Part shown: piece after piece, positions 48,901 through 59,554 of the stretch
How positions within the stretch are numbered: the first letter of the stretch is position 1
How the letters are laid out: the number at the start of each line of letters is the position of its first letter
Assembly (NCBI GenBank): GCA_030704615.1
Contig: CM060734.1
Span: forward strand, 7,750,001 to 7,814,000
Length of the DNA: 64,000 bases
Direction: 5' to 3'
DNA from: Takakia lepidozioides
Taxonomy: Eukaryota; Plantae; Bryophyta
Position numbers and translations under genes: made by a program
Notes under the pieces: generated by a model
The model's input: the letters and a program-made list of their open reading frames with translations, nothing else
What the model was told of the DNA's origin: nothing
The model's database searches: none

Positions 48901-50150
48901 GTAAATTTGCCGGAGGCACCTGATTATATTGATCAGGAAATGGCGCTCTTTGACCTTGTAGATTTTGATCAACTTGCCATTGGGTTGTAGGTTTTGGCCT
49001 CTCAATATTTCTCGTTCGACAACGCTCCAAAGGATGTCCTACTAAACCACAATGAAGACATGTGACATCATTCCAACAATCTTCTGTTCTATGACTGGAC
49101 CGACCACACTTTCCACATGGCGGATAACGGTTTCGTGGCCTATACCCCTGTCCTGGTGGAGGATTCTGGGATGGAGGAGGTCCCCTTTCATGGATTGGGT
49201 TGGGACAATGTTGGGGATCATGGCCTGACCCTCGACAATTATAACACCATAACTTGGACGCATAAGGACCTATCTCAGCTAATGGAACCTGAGTATCCCT
49301 GTGATGGACATAACTAGAAACCTGTTGACCAATGGCACTAACTCTATCCCCCATGGACTCAACAGCTCTCAACACAGATGTTAGTTGTTCCTCAAAATGT
49401 CCCATCCGATCATTGCTAGAGGATCCCGTATATGATTCAGCAGGAACTGACTGAAAGTGCCTTGCTGGGTTTGAGGGGGTGGTGGTAGCCACCAAAGGCA
49501 TTGCAGATGTCACCGTGGCAGCAGGAACCATCCCTCCAGTCATTGTCGGTCTGTAATAGGGCGGGGGAGGTGTCCCAGAAACTGCAAGCGTTGGATTAAC
49601 CGCAATGTATGAAGGGAGTGCCATCTCCGGCATCTTCGCACGTTGAACCTGACGATGCATGTTGTCATGTTCTTTCCCTGAGTTGATCGCATCTGCTAAT
49701 GTAACAGGTCTCTGTTGCAACACAAACAAGTGAATATCCTCTAGTAACCCACTCAGAAAGCAATCTTTCAGAACCCCATCATCCAAGGGTGTTAGAGGAT
49801 TCTGTAATCGCATTAGCTCTTTGACATGCATCTCAAAATCAACAACTTCCTCGTTTGGTCCCTGTCTAATTCTGGCAAGGGCCATAAGAACACTTGTTGG
49901 AAGGAATTTAGTCCTCCACAGTCTTTGGCACATTATTACCAGATCATGCGCATTTGGTTGCCAGTGGCAACTCGGACTAAGGTTCTTCCAGACAATCGAC
50001 CCATTGAGGATCATCATTTTGCAAGGTACTGGTCTGAGGCAGGCACCATGTTGAAGGAATTAATTGTCTTCTAGGTTGTTCATGGGTACATCTACACCAA
50101 GACTAGGAAAGTATCTAGTATTGTCATGGGCTGTGGATTCTACCATGCTG
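45911..50150 (-). mobile_element. Ty3/gypsy LTR retrotransposon internal region (gag, protease, RT, start of RNase H), degenerate
   Basis: Gag has three CCHC knuckles (CYNCRGSGHDPQHC, CGKCGRSSHRTEDC, CLHCGLVGHPLERC). Protease motif LVDGGSS; RT motifs RVCVDFRPLN, DGFSGYNQ, MPFGL and FLDDF; RNase H motif VYVDASAIAVG. Confidence 0.93.
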
Positions 50151-50317
50151 CTTGTTTCATTGTGCGTTATCACATTGAGCAGCAGAAGATGCAATCACGA
50201 TTTCTGAGTTATTCCAGTGGGGATCATTAGGTCTTACCTTCAGTTCCACCTCATATGTATTTGTATGATGCGAAAGTCATGATGCAAAAGGATTCCTAAC
50301 TTTGTTCATGGTTTAAT

Positions 50318-50863
50318 TTGGCTTGGAACAACTTGGCCAAAGAGAAATTGGGCCTTGATGATATTTTCTATAAGGGACATGAAGCCTGGAAATACTTACT
50401 TTGTTCCAAAGTCATTGGCACACCTCTTACCTATACGGCCAAGGAGTTCAGGGAGTTCACACATTTTGCTTGCAAGCGATTAAAGCAAGTGGTACAGTTT
50501 AAGCTTCCAGACATGGTGGGCCAACACTATATGCTATGCAGGATTCCTGAGGAGCCACTTAAAGTTCGGCCACCGAAACACCTCAGGGGGGAAGATGATT
50601 CTGATACTACTGGTTCTTCAGAGGAACCTTTTGACATGGTGGATGACTATGCACTCCAGATGGCAGAGAAGAAACGACGGGGATCTCCTATGCCTGAGAG
50701 GTTACCTCGTTATCAACCACAGGAGGGTCAGACATTTCCATTTGGTGCTCAATCGCCTCCATCAGCCAGTGACAGGGCTCGAGCTCGCACACAGAGCCCT
50801 TCAAGAGACTCTCACCGACAAAAGGGTGCTCGCTCACAAAGGTTTGCTGATCCTAAACAGTAA
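50318..50863 (+). CDS. Unknown ORF immediately upstream of a polypurine tract (3' accessory ORF of an LTR element)
   Basis: 181-aa open frame ending about 20 bp before the PPT. No family recognised. Confidence 0.35.
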   Translation: MAWNNLAKEKLGLDDIFYKGHEAWKYLLCSKVIGTPLTYTAKEFREFTHFACKRLKQVVQFKLPDMVGQHYMLCRIPEEPLKVRPPKHLRGEDDSDTTGSSEEPFDMVDDYALQMAEKKRRGSPMPERLPRYQPQEGQTFPFGAQSPPSASDRARARTQSPSRDSHRQKGARSQRFADPKQ

Positions 50864-50901
50864 ACCGTGAGGACACGGCTTTTTGAGAGGGGGAGGGGTA
50901 A

Positions 50902-51674
50902 TGTTAGAGGGCTGTTTGGGACTTAGACACTTTTATGGGCTCTGTGGGGTACCCTTAATTTTTGCGCAGACTTACGGATGGTAGACTTAGACCAACAGAG
51001 GCCTTAGGGGTGACAGACACAGGCTTTAGGGGTGGTAGACAGGCTTACACACTCGGTCACAGTCTTACACAGTCTGTCACAGTCAATCACAGCCTATCAC
51101 AGTTAGTCACAGTCTATCACAGCTCGGCACAGCTTCGCACAGCCAGTCACAGTCTGACATAGCACGACACAGCCCGACACAACTTTACACAGTCAGTTAC
51201 AGTCCAACACAGTCAGTCATAGCTCGGCACAGTCACAGCCCGACACAGCTTGGCACAGCTCGTCACAACGTACATAGGGAACGGTTATCATTAGCAGGGA
51301 ACGACTGTGTGGGAACGACATCTGCAGAGGGAACGTGTTACTTCAGGGGTGACAGTTAGTTAGTTAGGCGGTTAGAACAGCTTGCAGGTAGATTAGGCAG
51401 AGCAGCAACATGAAGGGGATCACTTTTCGGGGAGCACTTCTTGATCGTGAGCAAAGGAGATCAGGCGGAGAACAAGAACGGAACCAAGGATGGAGAGATG
51501 ATTTGATCGATGCTTGAATCATACAAGCTGTAGAATCGTACTGTAGAACAGATTAGAGACACTATGGCTACGGTCTGATACTGAACAGAGATTAATATGA
51601 TACACATACCTTACCCACACTGTGTGACGGAGAGGGAGTGGGAGTCCTGCTTAGACCTGGCGTCCTAAGCAACA
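50902..51674 (+). mobile_element. Long terminal repeat (3' LTR) preceded by a PPT
   Basis: PPT GAGAGGGGGAGGGG at 50885-50898, then TGTT...AACA termini. An internal 10-bp periodic CACAG repeat runs about 51055-51270. Confidence 0.7.
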
Positions 51675-51889
51675 TTGTTGGGCCCCGAGGTTGAGTGCGG
51701 ATGTCCATATCTGATCTCCATGAATCCCCGTCGCCTCCTGGGAGGTTGTCTTATTCTCTTCACCGGCTGATTGTGGACATCACCCTCGAGACAGTCCCCC
51801 CGATGGTGTAAGGGTGTCAATCTTATAGCTTCTTGCAATGCTTTCCCAGCTTCCAGCAGTTCCTTCATATCCCCCTCGCCCAACTGCTT

Positions 51890-52845
51890 CCTTGTGCCGT
51901 AATAGAGATGAACAGTCCCGACATGACAGTTTGAAATCCTCGGGATGGATGAATTACGACGTCGCAAAAGGGATGAACAGGCACAAAAGCGGACAAGAAA
52001 AGGATGTCATACCCATATTACGGCGTCGTAATAGGGACGAACGGGATGGCAATCAAATGAGAATGGCATGATCTGGAGGAATTTAAGGCGTCGTAATAGG
52101 GATGAACAGTCCCAATATGAACAGGCACGAAAGCGGACAAGAAAGGGATATCACACCGCTATGACGACGTCGTAATAGGGGTGAACGAGATGACAATCAA
52201 TTGAGAATGACATCATCTAGATGAATTCATAGATTTAACACACATTGAACGTAGCTAATTTCGAACACCCCATCCCGGCGACGGATGAATTTCGGCGCCG
52301 AAATAGGGATGAACTTACTCGTGAGTAAAAGCGAATTTCCACCCATGGATGAATTTCGGCGCTGAAATAGGGATGAACGAACCTGTGAGCAAAAATGAAT
52401 TTAAACCCATGGATGAATTTCGATGCCGAAATAGGGATGAAGATATGCGTGAGTAAAAAATTATTTCGACCCACGAATGATTTTTGGCGCCGAAATAAGG
52501 ATGAACATACCCTATATCAAGAAGGAATTTAAACCACGGATGAATTACGGCGCCGAAATAGGGATGAACGTACCCGTGAGCAGATGGATAAATCACGATG
52601 TCGCAAAAGGGTTGAACAAGCAAGAATGCGGACGACAAGGGGACGGAACCATTGGATTGCGACGTCGTAATAGGGACGATCGGGCCCATCACGTCGAAGA
52701 AAAACCCATACACACACACACAACCTCCTTCATGGATGAATTTTGGCGCCGAAATAGGCCAATCCGGAGGAACCACCACCCGGAAAAAATAAAAATAAAA
52801 TAAAATAAAAGGTCACGGATGAATTTCGGCGCCGAAATAGTGATG
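51890..52845. repeat. Tandem array with palindromic core GGATGA-ATTTCGGCGCCGAAAT-AGGGATGAA, unit about 60-65 bp
   Basis: More than ten copies of the core or its variant ATTACGRCGTCGTAAT. Confidence 0.9.
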
Positions 52846-52869
52846 AGACGATCCAAGGTTGATGTCCCC

Positions 52870-53780
52870 ATCAACGCTTCTTTTGTTTTTGAGGTCGCCC
52901 TTCGAAAGCTGCAACCGCCTCGGATGCGTTTCCCATTTCTGACCCAAGTTGTCTCCACTTGATGATAGCCCTTCCATTTCACGAGATACTCCGTTTCTCG
53001 ATTCTTGAACCTCCTCGATTTAAGCACTGCCTCCACCTCGTACTCGGGTTCATTTTCATGATCCAACAGTACAGGTGGCGGACGCAACACTTGATGCCGA
53101 TTCGGACGCGCTTCATCTTTGAAGTATGGCTTCAAAAGGGAAACGTGGAATACTGGATGCACCTTGCTGTTTGTTGGCAGCTCCAATTCATACACTTCTT
53201 TATTCATAACCTTCCGGATGTGAAAGGGCCCCGCATATGGAGGTACGAACTTCGGACTCACTTCCGGAGGTAATAAAAAATTCTTGATGTTCAACCAGAC
53301 CTCTGTGCCTGCCTCAAATTTAACTTTCCTCTGCTTCCAATTCGCCTGCCGTTCATACCGTTTCCTAGCTTTGGCAATGTTGTACTTTGCAAGCTCCAAC
53401 AAACGCTCGCGTTCTTCCAATACCGCTGCTACTGCCGGCTCCTCACTGTCTTGGGCGGCCCAACTTGTCGGCACCAGAGGTGCTTTTCCATAGAACAATA
53501 CGAAAGGGGAAACTCCAGTTGCGGAGTGTTCTGTGTTATTATAACAGAACTCTGCCGCATCCAAGTGCTCTACCCAGTCCGACTGGTCTGCCGACACATA
53601 ATTCTGCAAGATCTGCTTCACCACGGAGTTCACTCTTTCCGTTTGGCCGTCCGTTGTAGGTCGGAAGGTCGTGCTCATCTTGAGCCTTGTCCCTATCTTC
53701 TTCCAAAGTGCCCTCCAAAATTTACTTGTAAACTTTGGATCGCGGTCCGAGACAATATCCTTCGGTTGTCCATTACAGCA
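52870..53780 (-). mobile_element. Chromovirus (Ty3/gypsy) integrase C-terminal half with chromodomain; 5'-truncated
   Basis: PKDIVSDRDPKFTSKFW, TDGQTERVN, YAGPF, HPVFHVSLLKPY and EYEVEAVLKSRR..EYLVKWKGY..TW. Confidence 0.93.
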
Positions 53781-53969
53781 AAGGGGACGAGTGCAGCTAC
53801 GACGTGAGCCTAGCCGCGTGAGCCCAGGAGCTCGGCTCACGCTTTGCCCTCTAAGCGTGAGCCCAGGGGTTTAGTGGAGGAAGAAGCAGGCCCCATACCC
53901 GAGTCCTCTGTTTAGAGAGGGTCCTATTGTCGTAGAAGCAGTTATAGCGCTTAAAAAAAGAGGTATAGA

Positions 53970-55330
53970 AAGAATGGAATGGTCATTGTGAAACTTACTG
54001 AGGTTTTCTTATTGAAGAAGAGGTGAAAAAAAAAAGCTGGGTGAGTCATCATGAATCTTACTTAGGGATTCTTGCATGAACAAGAGGCAAGAAAAGTTTG
54101 GATGCTCATTGTCAAGCTATCTGTCGTTTCCAGTTTTTCATCCATGGTGGATGGATGATGGATGGATGATGGATGGATGAAATATTGAAGGAGAGGTTTA
54201 AAATAATGAGGATGGGCAAGAACATGCCCCAAAATATGAGCCCTCATTGTGAAACAGACAATGGTTTTTGTTAATATAGATGAGGTGAAAATTAAACAGA
54301 TGGTCATCTTCAAGCTTATTTAGGCTTTGTTTGTGAAGATGTGTAACAAAATGAGCGGTTCATTGTGGAACTTGTTTAGGTTTGTGTTATTGAAGATGAG
54401 GTGAAAAAAAAACACATGGTCATTGTGATTGCTTATTTAGGGTGTCTTTGTGAAGAAGAGGTAAAAAAAACATTGAGCTATCATTGTGAAACTTGTTTAG
54501 GATTCTGTTATTGAAGAAGAGGTGAAAAAAAAATCAGATGGTCATCTTGAATGCTTATATAGGGTTTGTTTGTGAAGAAGAGGTGAAAAAAAAGTTAAGC
54601 TCTATCATTGTCAAACTTGTTCTGGTTTCTGTTATTGAAGAAGAGGTGAAAAAAGAAATCAGATGGTCATTATGAATGTTTATTTAGGGTTTGTTTGTGA
54701 AGAAGAGGTGAAAAAATTGAGCTCTTATTCTCAAACTTGTTAAGGTTTCTGTTATTGAAGAAGAGGTGAAAAAAATATTAGATGGTCATCATGAATGCTT
54801 ATTTAGGGTTTGTTTGTGAAGAAGAGGTGAAAAAAAAAGTTGAGCTCTATCATTGTCAAACTTCTTCAGGTTTCTGTTAGTGAATAAGAGGTGAAAAAAA
54901 AACCAGATGGTCATCATGAATGCTTATTTAGGGAATAAATTAGGGATTGTTTGTGAAGAAGAGGTGAAAAAAAAACTTGAGCTCTACCATTGTCAAACCT
55001 CTGCAGGTTTCTGTTATTGAAGAAGAGGTGAAAAAAATTGAGCTCTATCATTGTCAATCTTGTTCAAGTTTCTGTTAATGAAAAAGAGGTGAATAAAAAT
55101 CAGATGTCATCATGAATAAATTAGGGTTTGTTTGTGAAGAAGAGGTGAAAAAAAAACTTGAGCTCTATCATTGTCAAACTTCTTCAGGTTTCTGTTATTG
55201 AAGAAGAGGTGAAAAAAAAATCATATGGTCATCATGAATGCTTATTTAGGGTTTGTTTGCATAGAGGACGTGGAAAACAAATGAGCTGTCATTGTGAAAC
55301 TTGTTCAGGTGCCTGTTATTCAAAGAAGAA
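53970..55330. repeat. Satellite-like tandem repeat: about 125-bp dimer of two related subunits of about 62 bp
   Basis: Recurrent TGAAGAAGAGGTGAAAAAAA followed alternately by TCAGATGGTCATCATGAATGCTTATTTAGGG and TTGAGCTCTATCATTGTCAAACTTGTT. Confidence 0.9.
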
Positions 55331-55668
55331 GTCGTGAAGCTCATTTACGCAATGCTTCTGTAGAGGCCCTGAAAAAATAAAATGAGCTTTCATACTAACA
55401 CTTGTCCATGTTTGGCAGGCCCTCGAACAAAAAATGGTTTTTTTTTTTTTTTTTTTTCTTGGCCCGGGGCAATATTGGGGGTGGGGGCAGAAGTGGTGTA
55501 CGTTGACGCACTCAATTTTATAGGCTCGTTAACCAAACCCGATGAAAAAATAAACTATCTTTCATGACGAGACATCGCCTGCTTGTCTAGATTTAAGAAC
55601 TGTGTATACATGTTCTACAAACAAGGCAGCCCTTTCCGACATTGCAAAAAATCGCAACATATGCAACA

Positions 55669-56203
55669 CTACTCGATATTGCCAATGTCTCGTTGCAAAA
55701 GTGTCTGTACCTCACCAGGACCTAGTGTCGCCTGGTGAATGATTTGGTCTCTTTTGGGATCACAATACATCATGCGCAAAAAGATGTAGTAAAGATGCTT
55801 GCAGGGAACCCATTTCCTTCTCTTTCCTAGAGCTTCCTCACGCATGCACACGAAGTCGGGACAGGTACACCCCGGAAAATTTCCCACCGTCACCTGATAG
55901 GCCCTGTCGTGCAAAACAGACCCAGATGTGACCAAAGTATAAACCCGTCCATACCCAGGTGAAGGTACTTCCATAGTTCCTGTTACCCGAGCCTGAAGTA
56001 GTCTGGCCGATTCCACCTTCGCATCGTGATCAGGCCCCGAAGCCACCCGATGCACTGTTTTGCCATTCCTTCTCGTGGGATGCGAAGTATCGTCTGGAGG
56101 AGGCACCATAGCAGCAAGGCCACCAAGAGTCGATGCCACAGATCGGTGCAGACGAAAGCCGACGTCCTCCAACTTGTCAATCTCCAGTTCGTCAATGATC
56201 ATC
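55669..56203 (-). CDS. SWIM zinc-finger protein, terminal exon (N-terminus missing)
   Basis: YQVTVGNFPGCTCPDF...WVPCKHLYYIF is the CxC..CxH SWIM signature. A probable acceptor TTTCAG lies just before MIIDE. Confidence 0.85.
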
Positions 56204-56456
56204 CTGAAATCATGATCATGAAAAAATTGAGTATGTTGACGCACTCAGTTCTCGGGGGGGGGGGGGGGGGGGGGGGGGTTCCCCCAAAACCCGCCGGGTA
56301 CCCGGGGTGAAAATCCGGACCCGCACCTCTCGTCGATGATCATCCTGAAATCATGATCATGAAGAAATTGAGTGCGTTGACGCACTCAGTTCTCCCGGGG
56401 GGGGGGGGGGGGGGGGGGAGGGAACCAAAATTAATTAATTAATTAATTAAAAAAAA

Positions 56457-57788
56457 TTGGGTATCATACAATCTGTCACGATGAGTTGTCGCCGGGAGCT
56501 GGCAAGCTACTTGAAAGCCTCGGGGATGCGGATTATCAAGACCTGGAACTGTGTCAACAACCTATATCTGACGAAGGGGGATTGCCCAGGGCAGAAGGTG
56601 GGTTTCAAATACTTTGTTTTTATGCCTTATCTGTTGAAGTTCCACTGTACTGACTGTTATGAAGTCATGCTGTTCGCACTGCCTGAATTGAGTGCTTCAA
56701 CGCACTCAGTTATGGCGGTGCATGAGCAATGACTCTGAACCAGTTCCATCCAGAATGGGTCTGCACTCCCACCCAGATGTGCTATGAAACATTCCTCACT
56801 AATTATTGTCCTCTTCATCGCAGACCCATCTATTTGAGGCCGTGTGTCTCGTGAGGGTACATCCACTGTTGACTCCCACCACAGTGGTGGAGTTCAAGCT
56901 TCATGGGAGAGGATGTTTCATAAACGAGAGGTTCGATCCTGTCATCGACAACATGCACTACAACTATGTCGACTCCAACGTATGTTTGCGAAAGCCAAAT
57001 GGAACTCCTTGGAGAGGGGCCCGTGAAAAAAGCCCGACTTTTATCCAAACGATCATTGAGAGTTGTTCTCGGCCAGGGGCCCGCATCATAGATCTCACTC
57101 TTGGCACAGGTTTCTCTTCTTGCCTTTGTCATCGATTTATTTTCTTCTGCACCTTCTTTACTCAATATTCTAAAACACTAATTCCTTCAATCTGTCTCTT
57201 GCAGGCGTTTTTTACCATGCTTGCAAGGCAGGTGGCAGGCACTTGTTTGGTATGGAAGGAGATGCAGATATTTTCACTGGCCTCCTTGCCGAGTTGCAAG
57301 GGGGCGCGTCTACCTCCAATGTCAAGGATGTCACTGCGCAAATTGATATCCTCAACGGAGACGACAAGGACCTGGACAATGACTTTTCATGTGAGTAAGT
57401 TCATTTTCTGTCTATTTGATCCCTGTGTATATGCTCTGTCGCGTCCCCTTCTGTTGTCTGATTGTTACCCAAATGGTACATTTCTGATTGCAGGAATGTG
57501 AACGCACTCCCGTGGCCCCTGTCTTCCATATACTTGAGGGACTTGTGCTGGAGCCCACCTCCTAATTATGTCCTTCCCGATTACGCGGAAGGCATTGCTC
57601 GTGTGCAAGCAGCTGTGCTTTCTCCCCTACCCTTGCGTTGGAGTTCCAGGAAGACGCTCAGGCACCTCCGCGCAAAGGTCTTCATAGATGATAGTGCAGC
57701 AGTTTCAGGTTGTAGCAGTACTTCTAGCAGTTCAGCAGATTCAGGTGGTAGCAGTAGCAGTGTTGACACCACCTACGGATGTACTTGA
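56457..57788 (+). CDS. Spliced, N-terminally truncated protein with N6-adenine/N4-cytosine DNA methyltransferase-like C-terminal motifs
   Basis: Exons ..56597, 56824-57109, 57205-57394 and 57494-57788 are all GT-AG with consistent phase. The product reads WRGAREKSPTFIQTIIESCSRPGARIIDLTLGT|GVFYHACKAGGRHLFGMEGD, matching K..L...I...S.PG..V.D...G.G....A....GR...G.E. Confidence 0.75.
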
Positions 57789-59536
57789 GGGCATTCATTT
57801 ATGGAACATGAGGGGACACACTCTCCGTTTTCTGTTGCACCACCATTTCTCTTCCCACCATCCGTTGTAATGAGCACGGACTACAATGAAATTCACATCC
57901 CTGAATTGAAACATTCTCTCCCCCGCGTCCTGCGAATTTGAAAGTGTTTTCCTTCTAAACATTGCTCTCCAATTCAACCATGTGCATTCAATAAATTTTT
58001 TTCAACAAAGATGAATATGTGCATAGTCCAGTAGACAGTCATTCGACATATGCCATCACACCAATATATTGGTTGGATGGATGGAGGATGAATGTTTTTG
58101 GATGGATGAAGCCAGATTGGATATGACCTGTGGATGAATGTTGCATGCATGGATGGTCCTATGGATGATGTCAGTGCGTAGTATCATGCACAGGGGCGGG
58201 ATGGCGAGGTTCACTGTCGGGGTTGAGGTAGGTCCCTAAGGCTGACAAGGGTTAGGGTTTCTGTTTGGGGTTGCAGGGTTAATATGGATGAAGACGTGTT
58301 TCTGCGGTAATGGATCCTCTTCCACATAAATAGACGCCGCATCTTTCCCAAAACCATGCCACGTGTCCTGGGCTCACGCCAGGCTCCTGGGCTCACAGGC
58401 TCCTGGGCTCACGTGGCTAGGCTCACACTCTAGCATCCCCCCAAAGGGGACCGGACTACATGGATTGTCTTCACCTACCACACCCAATCTCATGAGCTTG
58501 TTGAGAGGCCAATCAAGGTTCCAACTTCTTGGTGACAACACTGCAACATGGCAGCAAATGGCATAGATTGCATGCATACTTGAAGCTTACCTTGGCTTGT
58601 GAGGCCATGCGTAGTTGTCAGTTCAATATATGAATAAAAGTGTTTATTGAGCAAAAGTTCCAGTTTGTGTGCAATGATGATTTCTGTTGAATGTGCACTT
58701 TTGCCTGAGAGGGTCCAGCACTCTTCAATCTTGTACCAAAACTGAAATCTTGCACGCTCGCCCCCACGCCTCTCGTCAAACGCCGTAGTCAATCATTTGC
58801 GCAGGGCACCTGCACCGGTCTGCAGCCTTCTGACTGCATACCGTTGGCAGTTATTGCCAAAGAGCAGGGCCACATTTCGTAGACCAGGTTCATGAAAACT
58901 CTGACAGTGGATTTATGGGAGTGTGGGCTCGCCGAATTCGTGAATAGGCTTCCTCGGTCGTCCAGATGGGCCCTGCATTGCTTTGTTTGGCTACATTGCC
59001 GCTTCTCCCAGGGCGCTTGCCCGGACGCCGAGTCATCTGTGCGCATCTGCCATGGCTGCAAACTCGAGCGCTATAGTGTACTGCCCTCCTCACAAGCACA
59101 GAGCGACATTTTGGTGCAGAGGGGGAGTATGTCGGGTTGCCAAAAAATATCTCTGCGTCCAATACCACCTGAAACCGGGGTCAGTGTTCCTGGAGGAGGA
59201 AATGATGGATTCAAATGGAGTTGTAGTCGAAAATATTGTTGTGCTCCAGGACGATTTCGGTGACGGCAGGGAATGGTGAGTTCCACCATTGGACAACGTC
59301 ATATACAGGGCTGTTTGAGACTTCATTTTCCCGCCAAATGCGCCTTCTTGTTGTCAAGTTATTTTACCACTAGTGTGAAACTAGCTAGGAAATAGCTAGC
59401 TTTTACATATTGACATTTGGGATTGGCCCAAGTGTCAATCCAGGGGTCAAGGCAGATTTAGGCCCTGGAGTGGTTATCTTCACGGCAAGCGCGGGAGGCT
59501 CATCTTTCTCGAGTTGAGCCTCACCGCGCCTAGCTA

Positions 59537-59554
59537 TGGCGCCGTAGTGTGGAT
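59537..59554 (+). promoter_or_regulatory. Putative primer binding site of the downstream gypsy-type element
   Basis: TGGCGCCGTAGTGTGGAT resembles a tRNA-Asp PBS; a gag ORF follows on the same strand. Confidence 0.4.

Larger units (their letters stand above)
53783..58442. mobile_element. Inverted-repeat-bounded element carrying SWIM and DNA-methyltransferase-like genes
   Basis: The 28-bp inverted repeat GTGAGCCTAGCCRCGTGAGCCCAGGAGC lies at 53804-53831 and 58399-58426 (one mismatch), with extra GTGAGCCCAGG copies. The outer ends are GGGG/CCCC, and the left end truncates the integrase. No TSD was found. Confidence 0.7.

Noticed and set aside
51890-52845. CRISPR array
   Set aside because: The spacers are homologous to one another, the repeats are degenerate, there are no cas genes, and the context is eukaryotic.
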